Source: a virus
Lineage: Duplodnaviria; Caudoviricetes
Virus record (IMG/VR): IMGVR_UViG_3300036771_000057
Location: 1 to 41,378 of that record
Reading direction: 5' to 3' (one strand)
DNA: 41,378 nt
Under the pieces are notes generated by a model, which had not been told where the DNA came from, did not search any database, and was given only the letters and a program-made list of their open reading frames with translations. This document shows, piece by piece, positions 17,413-26,239 of this stretch. Position numbers and translations under genes: made by a program. The number at the start of each line of letters is the position of its first letter. The stretch's first letter is position 1.

Positions 17413-17442
17413 ATTTTACCACTTATAGAACAATTGTTCTAT
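17413..17442 (-). promoter_or_regulatory. LexA/SOS box overlapping the putative aimR promoter
   Basis: Palindrome atAGAAC-aatt-GTTCTat at 17425-17442; minus-strand extended -10 TGgTAAAAT at 17413-17421. Confidence 0.7.
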
Positions 17443-17542
17443 GTTTATTTTAAGTGATTTTTTTCAAGGACAAAATAATTCAAAATGTCTTGTTACGTAC
17501 CAAATATGGTATAGTGATATTTTGCTATTTATACTTTAAACT

Positions 17543-17890
17543 ATGAAAAATACAGTCGGACAAAACATAAAAAATTTAAGAAAATCTTATGGCCTTACAC
17601 AAGAACAACTATCTGATAAAACACGTATAACGCGTGGACAACTAAAAAATTGGGAAACTGATCGTTACGAACCAGACTTAGCGGGATTAATGAACTTGGC
17701 ATCGTTTTTCAATGTAACAATAGACACCCTTCTTGGCTTCGAGAACGAACAGAATGACCCTTTGCTTGATTTACTATTAAGTGATATTCAAAATGACTAC
17801 AGTAAGCTGAATGGACGCGAACAAGGTAAGTATGCTAAACATATGGCTGTCTATTCGAAAATGTTAATGGGAAACAAGGATTTATTGTAA
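17543..17890 (+). CDS. Xre-family HTH transcriptional regulator
   Basis: GLTQEQLSDKTRITRGQLKNWETDRYEPD HTH_3 motif. Confidence 0.92.
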   Translation: MKNTVGQNIKNLRKSYGLTQEQLSDKTRITRGQLKNWETDRYEPDLAGLMNLASFFNVTIDTLLGFENEQNDPLLDLLLSDIQNDYSKLNGREQGKYAKHMAVYSKMLMGNKDLL

Positions 17891-17918
17891 GAGAGCTGAA
17901 TGGCTCTCTCTTTTTTTT
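17891..17918 (+). terminator. Terminator between xre and rep
   Basis: gagagc-tgaatg-gctctc followed by T-tract. Confidence 0.75.
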
Positions 17919-17965
17919 ATGCTTTGCAACTGTTTTACCCATACTTTAAAATTTTGGCAACTTAA

Positions 17966-19018
17966 TTAGTCTTTTTTATATTTCTTCAATACTTCCTCTA
18001 AACGTTTGCGATCTTCTTCAGAAGCTTGTCCATTGTCTTCCACAATTGATGATGTATCTTCTTTTAACCAATCAGGAGCCATTTCAGTGCGTATCGTTTT
18101 ATTACCAGATACTTTTGCTTTACCTTGTCTTACTTTCTGTTTCTGGCCAAGCTTAGACATCTTTTCTTCCACAACTTTTATAACGTAGTTTTCAGCAGCT
18201 GTTAGATCAGCAGTTCCGATTGCTTTGCATTTACTAGTAACATCATGAATTGCTTTAATAGTTTTTTGGTTTGTAATCTCTCGCTCTGTAATCTTTTGAT
18301 TCATTAAATCAAGAATCATAGATTCAGTGACAGGGTTAGTTATAATTTCTTCTTCTTCAAATTCTTTTTCTGAAGTTACTTTCTGAAGTATACTTTCTGG
18401 TATTGTTTCGTCACTGTGCAAGATGGATTTTTCACTGTGCAAGATGCATATTTCATTTTGCAAAATGCATGATGACGCGGTTTCTTCTTGTTTTAGGTCA
18501 TGTTTTGGTGTTTTTTCTTCTTTAATTTCTTCTGGTTTCTGAGCTAAAGTATAACCTTCTAATGCATAACCAAGTTCATGTAAATCAGATGCAATTTTTG
18601 TAAGGTTCATTTTGTACCAAGTTGTTCTATCCCACTTTTTAGTTGGATCAGGATTGTTACCTTTTTCAACCCATCCTTGTTTCACAAAATTATTAATTGC
18701 TCGGCTAATTGTGGAAGCACTTCCCCAATTCATTATTTCAACTAAAAGTTCATCACCAGTTTTATAAAACCATCCATTTCGGATTTTCTTTTTCTTTTTA
18801 TCAATTACAGATTGTTTAGTTTTACGAACTTCCATTTGTTTAATCTGTAGTTTGAGATTATTGTCCATTTTCTCTGTAATGCCAGCCCAGAAAATCAAGT
18901 TGTTTAATAGTGCCGCATCAAAATGTTTTCCTGTTAATGCAACTAATTCTTCTTTAATTACTACACGTTGTAATTCTCTTACTTCTTGTTCTTCCGTTAC
19001 TTTTGTTAAATTTGACAT
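17966..19018 (-). CDS. Plasmid-state replication initiator (wHTH Rep)
   Basis: AALLNNLIFW...GWFYKT...TISRAINNF...WDRTTWY wHTH Rep pattern; internal iterons; ATG at 19018 follows GGAGG. Confidence 0.8.
   Translation of the reverse strand: MSNLTKVTEEQEVRELQRVVIKEELVALTGKHFDAALLNNLIFWAGITEKMDNNLKLQIKQMEVRKTKQSVIDKKKKKIRNGWFYKTGDELLVEIMNWGSASTISRAINNFVKQGWVEKGNNPDPTKKWDRTTWYKMNLTKIASDLHELGYALEGYTLAQKPEEIKEEKTPKHDLKQEETASSCILQNEICILHSEKSILHSDETIPESILQKVTSEKEFEEEEIITNPVTESMILDLMNQKITEREITNQKTIKAIHDVTSKCKAIGTADLTAAENYVIKVVEEKMSKLGQKQKVRQGKAKVSGNKTIRTEMAPDWLKEDTSSIVEDNGQASEEDRKRLEEVLKKYKKD
18365..18467. repeat. Iterons inside rep (putative plasmid origin)
   Basis: tcactgtgcaagatg twice plus tcattttgcaaaatg at a 21-bp period (18411, 18432, 18453); adjacent tttctgaagt repeats. 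Confidence 0.75.
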
Positions 19019-19024
19019 AATAAA

Positions 19025-19077
19025 AAATCCTCCATTTATTGCCCCGACAAAATTTGGGTACAACGAATAGAGGATTT
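19025..19077 (-). promoter_or_regulatory. Attenuator hairpin sequestering the rep RBS
   Basis: Minus strand aaatcctc...gaggattt followed by TTT, just before the ATG. Confidence 0.65.
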
Positions 19078-19111
19078 GTAGTTTACGTTTTTTTAAAGTT
19101 ATGATACTATT

Positions 19112-19220
19112 TAGGTATCAATTTAATTTACGTATTTACAAAACCTCTGTTTCCGGTTTTTAAATGGTATCTGCCGCCAAGCTAAATGACCATCTAAAAA
19201 CTTCTGTCGGGGGTTTTTTT
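19112..19220 (+). ncRNA. Putative counter-transcribed copy-control RNA
   Basis: TTGTAG-18-TATGAT promoter; stem aaaacctctg/cgggggtttt, inner hairpin and T-tract; antisense to the rep leader. Confidence 0.6.
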
Positions 19221-19331
19221 ATTTTTATATAAAGTTAGTTAAAAAGTTATGTATCTACTGTCCATCTTAGCAGAATATTGACGAAAAAAGAAGAAAAGGT
19301 TGAGAGCTGAAAAGCTCTCTTTTTTTGTTTT

Positions 19332-19661
19332 CTAGAAGTTATCAATTAAATTCATGATTGCCTGTCGTTTCTCTGGAGGTAACTTATTTATCTTCTCCAT
19401 GAGATCGGCAGCTTCTTTTGATACTTTCTCTGATTTTTCTTTATCTAATGTTTTGTGTTCTGATAGTCCATAAAAATAATCAACTGAGACGTTTGTTACA
19501 CGAGCAATCTTTTCAAGTATGTCTCGACGTGGTTCTCTTTTACCGGATTCATATAACGAAATTGCTGTAAAGTTTACACCGATTGCTTCAGCAAGTTCAT
19601 ATTGTTTCATATCTTTTTCTATACGAACCTGCTTTATTCGGCTTCCCATAGTTTCAGTCAT
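19332..19661 (-). CDS. CI-like Xre repressor (no S24 autocleavage domain)
   Basis: MKQYELAEAIGVNFTAISLYESGKREP HTH; divergent from the early lytic operon; only 109 aa. Confidence 0.88.
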   Translation of the reverse strand: MTETMGSRIKQVRIEKDMKQYELAEAIGVNFTAISLYESGKREPRRDILEKIARVTNVSVDYFYGLSEHKTLDKEKSEKVSKEAADLMEKINKLPPEKRQAIMNLIDNF

Positions 19662-19802
19662 GCATTTGTCCCTCCTTTCTTCTTCCTATTTATTTATGTC
19701 AAGATTCATAGTGAATTTATCTTTATCTTCATCTTATTTTTATATACTTAATGTACACCAAACGTTTACAAAAAGACAAGTTTTAATTTTTTTAAATAAA
19801 AT

Positions 19803-19930
19803 ACTTTACATTTCGTAAAGTAAAGTAGTACAATAAGCTTATCAGATGAAGATGAAGAGAAAGATGAAGGTTAAACTTTACATTTCGTAAAGAATATTTT
19901 TTTGATGTAAACTTTACACTTCGTAAAGTT
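19803..19930. promoter_or_regulatory. Three palindromic operators CTTTAC-N5-GTAAAG and the early lytic promoter
   Basis: Copies at 19804, 19876 and 19912; TTTACA(19805)-18-TACAAT(19829) overlaps the first. Confidence 0.85.
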
Positions 19931-19950
19931 GGATATGGAGGTGTTTACGT

Positions 19951-20103
19951 TTGGTAAAGAATGAAGAGTTATCAGCTCGTGAAGCAAGAAATGCATACAT
20001 GAAGTTGTGGAGGGCTGAAAACAAAGAAAAAATTAAAGCGGCGAATCAACGTTATTGGGCCAAAAAGTCTAAAAAGATGAAGGTTTCCGAAAGGGAGGGA
20101 TAA
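19951..20103 (+). CDS. 50-aa basic helical protein in the cro position
   Basis: GGAGGTG RBS with TTG start; MVKNEELSAREARNAYMKLWRAENKEKIKAANQRYWAKKSKK... Confidence 0.75.
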   Translation: MVKNEELSAREARNAYMKLWRAENKEKIKAANQRYWAKKSKKMKVSEREG

Positions 20104-20106
20104 ATA

Positions 20107-20214
20107 ATGGAAGAAAGTTTAACATCATTATTCATCGTAGCGATAACAATTTGTACAGTAATGTCACTTGCGGCATTGTTAGATGAACCTATTAAAAAGT
20201 ATTTAGCAAAATAA
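20107..20214 (+). CDS. 35-aa single-TM peptide
   Basis: GGGAGG RBS; MEESLTSLFIVAITICTVMSLAALLDEPIKKYLAK. Confidence 0.65.
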   Translation: MEESLTSLFIVAITICTVMSLAALLDEPIKKYLAK

Positions 20215-20234
20215 TGAAGGGAAGGTAAAAGACA

Positions 20235-20852
20235 ATGACACCTGAAGAGTTGTTCGAAGAGAAACAACATCTAGTATTCTTTGCAATAAAAGACCAATTT
20301 GGAAGTTATGAAGCAGCTAGAATAATAGCAGAAAGAAATAATATGGAAATGGAAGATTTAATTCAAGTTGCTAGACTAACGCTATGGGAATTGTGCTTAA
20401 AATACGACCCAGAAAAAGATACTGGGTTTAAAACATATGCATTAACACATTTGAAATGGCGTATGAGTGACGAAATACACGAAAGGGGAACGGCATTTAA
20501 AGTAACTCGTTGGACCAAACCTGAAGAACGAAACAAAATCAATACAAGATCAATTGATTTACATGCAAATGGTGAAATTGTGGAAGGATTCTTTGCAGTA
20601 TCAACAATAGATGTTGAGAAAGAAGCTATGGTATCAGTTCAATTTAAGGAAGCGTTAAGTTTGTTAACGGATGAAGAAAGGCTGATTTTAATTAGAAAAT
20701 CACAAGGTTATACAGACAGTGAGATTGCTAGTGAAATCGGAAAAACTAGACAGATCATTCATAAGAAGAAGAAAAGAGCGTTTTTAAAAATCAATCCTGA
20801 TTATAAAAGCGTAATACAAAAGAAAAACCACCTGCTCCAACAGGTGATCTAA
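20235..20852 (+). CDS. Phage-encoded sigma-70 family sigma factor
   Basis: Region 2 EDLIQVARLTLWELCLKYDP..FKTYA and region 4 GYTDSEIASEIGKTRQ. Confidence 0.85.
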   Translation: MTPEELFEEKQHLVFFAIKDQFGSYEAARIIAERNNMEMEDLIQVARLTLWELCLKYDPEKDTGFKTYALTHLKWRMSDEIHERGTAFKVTRWTKPEERNKINTRSIDLHANGEIVEGFFAVSTIDVEKEAMVSVQFKEALSLLTDEERLILIRKSQGYTDSEIASEIGKTRQIIHKKKKRAFLKINPDYKSVIQKKNHLLQQVI

Positions 20853-20911
20853 ATAAAATAAACTTATCAGAATCATAACATGAAAAAGTTATATGGAAAA
20901 GGAGTGATTAC

Positions 20912-21145
20912 ATGTTCCAAATAACATTAAAAAATCAAAATTACCGTGAAATTATTAAATTAGTAAAAGAAAAAGAAAAGGCTGGTTATATCCACATTAC
21001 ACCGATACGAAAAGTACATAAACCAGGTCTTATCAGTAGGAAAGAACAAATTCATAAAACAAATGATAAATTGAAGAACACTTACGCTGAAATCACAGAC
21101 AGCTTCTTCTATATGTGTGTTATGAGAAAAGTGAGTGACTATTAA
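20912..21145 (+). CDS. Hypothetical phage protein
   Basis: GGAGTG RBS, operonic. Confidence 0.7.
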   Translation: MFQITLKNQNYREIIKLVKEKEKAGYIHITPIRKVHKPGLISRKEQIHKTNDKLKNTYAEITDSFFYMCVMRKVSDY

Positions 21146-21345
21146 TGATAGAAAATCCAATGACTACTGGTAATCTACATGATTTGTCAAAGGATAACGT
21201 TCATATAGAATGTGCACATTGTGGCGGTGAAATATACATTGGTGATGCATTTATTGATTTTGATGGTATTCCCCTCCACACAGATGAGTGGTGTGTAAAG
21301 GGATATGTAACATCTCATTTCCAAATAGAAATCGCAGGTGAGTGA
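21145..21345 (+). CDS. Small Zn-binding protein
   Basis: CAHC...H...C motif. Confidence 0.7.
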   Translation: MIENPMTTGNLHDLSKDNVHIECAHCGGEIYIGDAFIDFDGIPLHTDEWCVKGYVTSHFQIEIAGE

Positions 21346-21538
21346 TATGAACTTACAAGATTGGATGCTGCAAGGAAGAATTGAATCTAAAATTCAAATC
21401 ACAATGAATTTAATAGAACGATATAAACATAGTGATGATCCACATGCTTCATTAATGGTTGTTGCTTATGAACATGGATTACGGGATCTCATGGAAATAT
21501 ATGAGGAACTTAAGCGAGAAGAGGTGATTCCATTTTGA
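21338..21538 (+). CDS. Hypothetical phage protein
   Basis: Overlapping operonic ORF. Confidence 0.65.
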   Translation: MSDMNLQDWMLQGRIESKIQITMNLIERYKHSDDPHASLMVVAYEHGLRDLMEIYEELKREEVIPF

Positions 21539-21726
21539 ACGCTGGTATTCAAGAATTAGAAAAGTCATTATCTGTGGAACAACGAAGATTAGGTGATTAT
21601 CAACGTGATTTAGAAAGAATGGAAGAAAAGAAGCCAATCGTTAAACAAAATATCCAAGATACTGAAGGCAAAATCAAGGATATTGAAGCTTCAATTTTTG
21701 TTCTAAAGAAAATGGTGGAGGAGTGA
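21535..21726 (+). CDS. Small coiled-coil protein
   Basis: GAGGTG RBS, heptad pattern. Confidence 0.65.
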   Translation: MNAGIQELEKSLSVEQRRLGDYQRDLERMEEKKPIVKQNIQDTEGKIKDIEASIFVLKKMVEE

Positions 21727-21731
21727 ATTAA

Positions 21732-22424
21732 TTGGAAATAACAAACGGTACTGCAATTACCAAAAGTAAAAAGGCAAAAATCATTATCTATTCAAAGCCA
21801 GGTAACGGTAAAACAACGGTTGCTGGGTTGTTACCAGGTAAAACATTAGTCCTGGATATCGATGGGACAAGCCAAGTGTTAGAAGGATATGAAAATATAG
21901 ACATGGCTAAAATCGATGGTGAAAATCCACATGATAGTATTTTACAGTTTTACGCATTAGCAAAAGCAAATATCTCTAAATACGATAACATCTTTATCGA
22001 TAACTTAACGCATTACCAAAAGCTATGGCTGCTTAAAAAGGGTGAAAATACTAAAAGTGGTATGCCGGAATTAAAGGATTACGCTTTACTAGATAACCAT
22101 CTTCTAAAGTTAGTAGAAACATTTAATTCATTAGATGCAAATGTTATTTTCACAGCTTGGGAAACAACAAGAAATATTACTCATGATGATGGCCAGCAAT
22201 ATACACAATTCATTCCGGATATTCGGGATAAGATCGTTAATCACATCATGGGAATTGTACATGTTGTCGGTCAATTAGTTAAAAAGGCAGATGGTACAAG
22301 AGGATTCGTTTTAGAAGGTAATCAAAGTGTGTTTGCTAAAAATCATTTGGATCAGCGTAAAGGCTGTATACAAGAAGAATTAATAGTGTCATCCACAAAT
22401 GAGAAAACAGGGGGAAATAAATAA
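21732..22424 (+). CDS. Sak4-like (AAA_24) single-strand annealing ATPase
   Basis: YSKPGNGKTT Walker A, IFIDNLT, FAKNHLD; paired with an SSB-like gene. Confidence 0.85.
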   Translation: MEITNGTAITKSKKAKIIIYSKPGNGKTTVAGLLPGKTLVLDIDGTSQVLEGYENIDMAKIDGENPHDSILQFYALAKANISKYDNIFIDNLTHYQKLWLLKKGENTKSGMPELKDYALLDNHLLKLVETFNSLDANVIFTAWETTRNITHDDGQQYTQFIPDIRDKIVNHIMGIVHVVGQLVKKADGTRGFVLEGNQSVFAKNHLDQRKGCIQEELIVSSTNEKTGGNK

Positions 22425-22903
22425 TGAGTTTCTTTAAATTTGATAAAACAAACGTAAGTACAGGTTTCGAGTTAGTAGCAGAAGGTAAATATGAAGCAGT
22501 AATTCAAAACGCAGTTGCAAAGGACTTTCAAGGTCATCCAACTTTAGAATTAGATTTTGAAATTCGTTCAGATGTTTCACAACCACATCAAGGGGCAAAA
22601 ATTCTATACAATACATTCTACTTCCACAATGATAATCCGGAATACCAAGAAAACAATATTAAAAGAATCAATAGTTTGATTGATGCTTGTGGATTCCCAG
22701 ATGGAACAGAATTTAATAATGCTGATGATATGGCAAAGAAACTTTATAATAAGTCTCTATTAATTACTGTTAAACATCAAGAGGACAAAAAAGATAAAAC
22801 TAAGAAATACGCCAAAGCGAAATATTTTGATGTATCAAAAGTAAATTCTCCATCACCAGTTGGTGAACCAATTACTATCGGTGATTCAGATTTACCGTTC
22901 TAA
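22424..22903 (+). CDS. DUF669-type ssDNA-binding protein
   Basis: EGKYEAVI N-terminal motif, acidic C-terminal DSDLPF tail. Confidence 0.85.
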   Translation: MSFFKFDKTNVSTGFELVAEGKYEAVIQNAVAKDFQGHPTLELDFEIRSDVSQPHQGAKILYNTFYFHNDNPEYQENNIKRINSLIDACGFPDGTEFNNADDMAKKLYNKSLLITVKHQEDKKDKTKKYAKAKYFDVSKVNSPSPVGEPITIGDSDLPF

Positions 22904-22915
22904 ATAAAACTTAAT

Positions 22916-22948
22916 AGAGAGGTTGGTTTTAACCGACTTCTCTTTTTT
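22916..22948 (+). terminator. Terminator/attenuator before the primase gene
   Basis: agagaggttgg-ttttaa-ccgacttctct followed by T-tract. Confidence 0.65.
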
Positions 22949-22977
22949 ATACCCTAAAAGGCTAATCGGAGGGCAAA

Positions 22978-25332
22978 ATGAAAAAGAATCCATACAATTT
23001 TAATGAAATTCCTGCCGAGTTAAAGGCCCTTCCTCAGTGGATATTGTGGAAGTTCGAAACGCGAAATGGCAAGCAGACAAAAGTTCCGTGTCAAGTTACT
23101 GGTGAAATGGCGCAAGCAAATAACAGACGTACTTGGTCAACATTTGCAACAGCGGTCAAATTCTACTTAGAAGGCGACTATGACGGAATTGGGTTTGTAT
23201 TCAGTAGGCAGGACAACTATATAGGAATAGATATTGATAAGTGTGTTGTGGAAGGAAAAACAAATGCTTTTGCAACAGAAATTATTGATACATTAGACAG
23301 CTATACAGAATTTTCACCATCTGAAAAAGGCATCCACATCATCATCAAAGGTAGCCTTCCACAATCTGTTTTAGGTACTGGAAGGAAAAATACAAAACAC
23401 GGTTTAGAAATTTACAGTTACGGTCGATTCTTCACCTTCACTGGAAACCGTGAAAATTCTAATGATGTTTACGATCGTACGGATGAACTAGCAGAAGTGT
23501 TTGAACAGTATTTTGATGATAGTGACATACAAGGTCGAGTGAATTTGGCAGAATTTGAGAAAGATGAAATCAAAATTTCAAACGAATCTCTTTGGGAGAA
23601 AATGTTCCGCAGTAAAAACGGTGATGAAATTCGTTCATTATACAATGGCAGCTTAATAAATGAGGACCATTCAGCAAGTGACCTTGCTTTATGTAATCAT
23701 TTAGCATTTTGGACAGGCAATTCAGCAACTCGAATGGACTCAATGTTCCGTGAAACTAGCTTAATCCGTGATAAATGGGATGTTATCCATTTTAGTGATA
23801 CAAACGAAACTTACGGTGAAAGAACAATAGGAGTAGCCATTTCATCCACATCTACAACTATATTAGACAACAAACAGCAATTCGAAGAATTTTCATTCGA
23901 TTTTATAAATGAAGATGCAGCTGAAGTTGTGGAGGACAAACCTAAAAAGAAATTCCGTTTAACAGAACTAGGAAACGCTGAACGTATCGCATATGAATAC
24001 GGACATGTAATCAAATTTGTTAATGATATTGGTTGGTTTATATGGGATGGAAAACGATGGAGAATAGACAACAAAAAAGAGATTGAAAGAATTACAGCAA
24101 AGGTGCTTCGTGGTCTTAATAAATCTGAAGATGAATCAGAAATGAAATGGGCACGGATGTGTGAGCGTAGAAATGTACGAATGAATAGCATTAAGGATCT
24201 TATGCCATTAGTTCCAGGAGAACGTGCAGAATTCGATAAACATAAATACCTGTTAAATGTAGAAAACGGCATTGTAGATTTAAAAACTGGCAAGCTGCAG
24301 CAACATGATAGAGAACTTGGATTAACTAAAATTACAAATATCGCGTTTGATGAAAACGCAAAATGCCCTGAATGGATTAACTTCTTAGATCAAGTATTCC
24401 AAGGAGATAAAGATCTGGCTGAATACATGCAACGGTTAATTGGTTATTCCCTTACTGGAGAAATTACAGAGCAAATCATGGTATTCCTTATCGGTGGTGG
24501 TTCAAATGGTAAATCAACCTTTATCAATATCATTAAGGATATTATGGGCGATTACGGCAGACAAGCTAAGTCAGATACTTTCATTAAAAAGAAAGAAACT
24601 GGAGCGAATAACGATATTGCCAGGTTAGTTGGTTCGCGCTTTGTATCAGCGATTGAAAGTGAGGATGGGGAACAACTTTCAGAAGCCTTTGTAAAGCAAA
24701 TTACAGGCGGTGAGCCAGTATTAGCAAGGTTCCTTAGACAAGAATTCTTTGAGTTCATACCAGAGTTTAAAGTATTCTTCACTACAAATCATAAACCAGT
24801 AATCAAAGGGGTAGATGAAGGGATATGGAGACGTATTCGCTTGATTCCATTCAATCTACAGCTGCCAAAGGAAAAACGTGATAAAAAGCTACCAGAAAAG
24901 TTAAGTCTTGAAATGCCAGGCATTCTAAATTGGGCGATTGAGGGTTGCTTGAAGTGGCAGCAGTCGGGATTAAATGATCCGCAAATTGTTATGAAAGCAA
25001 CAGGTGATTATAAAGAAGAAATGGATATACTCGGACCATTTATGTTCGAATGTTGCTTCAAAAGAGAAGATGTACAGATCGAAGCAAAAGAATTATATGA
25101 AGTTTACGCCAATTGGTGCTTTAGAAATGGCGAGCATCAATTAAAAAATAGAGCGTTTTACCGAATTTTAGAAACGCAAGGATTCAAAAGAGAACGTGGC
25201 AACAGAAATAAGTATTTTATCCAAGGTGTTACTTTAACGGAGCGAAAAAATACTTTTACACAGCAAAAGTTACTGAAAAACGATGAAAATAGCGAAAGTG
25301 TTACTAAAAGTAACACATTTAAAATCTCTTAA
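22978..25332 (+). CDS. Primase-polymerase / D5-like SF3 helicase (P4-family primase)
   Basis: GIDID, SPSEKGIH (PrimPol); GGGSNGKS Walker A, KQITGGE, TNHKP. Confidence 0.93.
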   Translation: MKKNPYNFNEIPAELKALPQWILWKFETRNGKQTKVPCQVTGEMAQANNRRTWSTFATAVKFYLEGDYDGIGFVFSRQDNYIGIDIDKCVVEGKTNAFATEIIDTLDSYTEFSPSEKGIHIIIKGSLPQSVLGTGRKNTKHGLEIYSYGRFFTFTGNRENSNDVYDRTDELAEVFEQYFDDSDIQGRVNLAEFEKDEIKISNESLWEKMFRSKNGDEIRSLYNGSLINEDHSASDLALCNHLAFWTGNSATRMDSMFRETSLIRDKWDVIHFSDTNETYGERTIGVAISSTSTTILDNKQQFEEFSFDFINEDAAEVVEDKPKKKFRLTELGNAERIAYEYGHVIKFVNDIGWFIWDGKRWRIDNKKEIERITAKVLRGLNKSEDESEMKWARMCERRNVRMNSIKDLMPLVPGERAEFDKHKYLLNVENGIVDLKTGKLQQHDRELGLTKITNIAFDENAKCPEWINFLDQVFQGDKDLAEYMQRLIGYSLTGEITEQIMVFLIGGGSNGKSTFINIIKDIMGDYGRQAKSDTFIKKKETGANNDIARLVGSRFVSAIESEDGEQLSEAFVKQITGGEPVLARFLRQEFFEFIPEFKVFFTTNHKPVIKGVDEGIWRRIRLIPFNLQLPKEKRDKKLPEKLSLEMPGILNWAIEGCLKWQQSGLNDPQIVMKATGDYKEEMDILGPFMFECCFKREDVQIEAKELYEVYANWCFRNGEHQLKNRAFYRILETQGFKRERGNRNKYFIQGVTLTERKNTFTQQKLLKNDENSESVTKSNTFKIS

Positions 25333-25565
25333 AACCCTTATGTACCAATGGTTCAAGGTACTTTTTACACTCTTTTTGTTACTTTTGTTATTAAAAATAT
25401 ATATAAACAAAAAAATAATATATATATAAGTACTTATTAGGAGCATTTATACCTAAAACGGGTAACAAAAATAACAAAAGTGCTTCAATCCCTTGTGGCT
25501 CTAAGGCTGAACCGTGTTACTTTTTAGTAACACATGCTGATTTTAGGCGTTTTTCAGTAACAATT
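25298..25565. repeat. Putative lytic replication origin (TGTTAC/GTAACA repeats around an AT-rich core)
   Basis: Palindromes gtgttact-aaa-agtaacac (25298) and gtgttact-tttt-agtaacac (25514), plus further half-sites. Confidence 0.7.
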
Positions 25566-25595
25566 TTAGTAGTTTTGATAACCGAGGTGATAGAT

Positions 25596-26024
25596 TTGAA
25601 AGTTTTAGAAATCATAAGCTCAATTTGGAAATCGGGCGCAAATATCTATCTTGATCCAAGTGATAACCGAATTGGAATAACAAGACAAAATTTAATTCCA
25701 GCGGAAGTTATGAAAGCTGCTGAACAAAATTTTGCAGGAATTGATGCTTGGTTTAAATCTTGGAAAGATGAAAGTGCGGAGAAAATCACGTTAATGAAGG
25801 TATTTCATCACTTTTGTGGATGGAAACATAACCAAAAATTACATGATTGGTTACTTGATGAAGAAGATTCTTTACAACTGTTTTATGAATGGACGATTGT
25901 TCTTGCTAAGAACGGATGGACAGATATGTATGAGGATTATCGCCAATTTGAAAATGAAGAATCGAATGCGATGGCAAGAAAGATATATGAGCGTGCGGTT
26001 TTATATACGAAGAGAGGGGCATGA
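25596..26024 (+). CDS. Hypothetical protein downstream of the primase
   Basis: GAGGTG RBS with TTG start. Confidence 0.75.
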   Translation: MKVLEIISSIWKSGANIYLDPSDNRIGITRQNLIPAEVMKAAEQNFAGIDAWFKSWKDESAEKITLMKVFHHFCGWKHNQKLHDWLLDEEDSLQLFYEWTIVLAKNGWTDMYEDYRQFENEESNAMARKIYERAVLYTKRGA

Positions 26025-26027
26025 ACA

Positions 26028-26198
26028 ATGATTGTTAAAGCAACAATAAAACTTGAATTAGATGATGTACAGAAGGACTGGGTTTCGTATATAAAAGAGC
26101 AACATGGAGAAAAAGCAGTGTTTTACTATCTGGAAGAAGAAGTGCAGAAGAAAATTGAAGTTGCTGAGTTTGTAGAAATGGAATACAAAAATAAGTAA
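26028..26198 (+). CDS. 56-aa hypothetical protein
   Basis: MIVKATIKLELDDVQKDWVSY...; GAGGGG RBS. Confidence 0.6.
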   Translation: MIVKATIKLELDDVQKDWVSYIKEQHGEKAVFYYLEEEVQKKIEVAEFVEMEYKNK

Positions 26199-26239
26199 TT
26201 TAAACCAAAACGCTATGTGAATAGAAAAGAGGAATCAAA

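Noticed and set aside
19019-19063. Longer Rep start given by the ORF track
   Set aside because: The extension lies within the attenuator hairpin; GGAGG is correctly spaced for the ATG at 19018.
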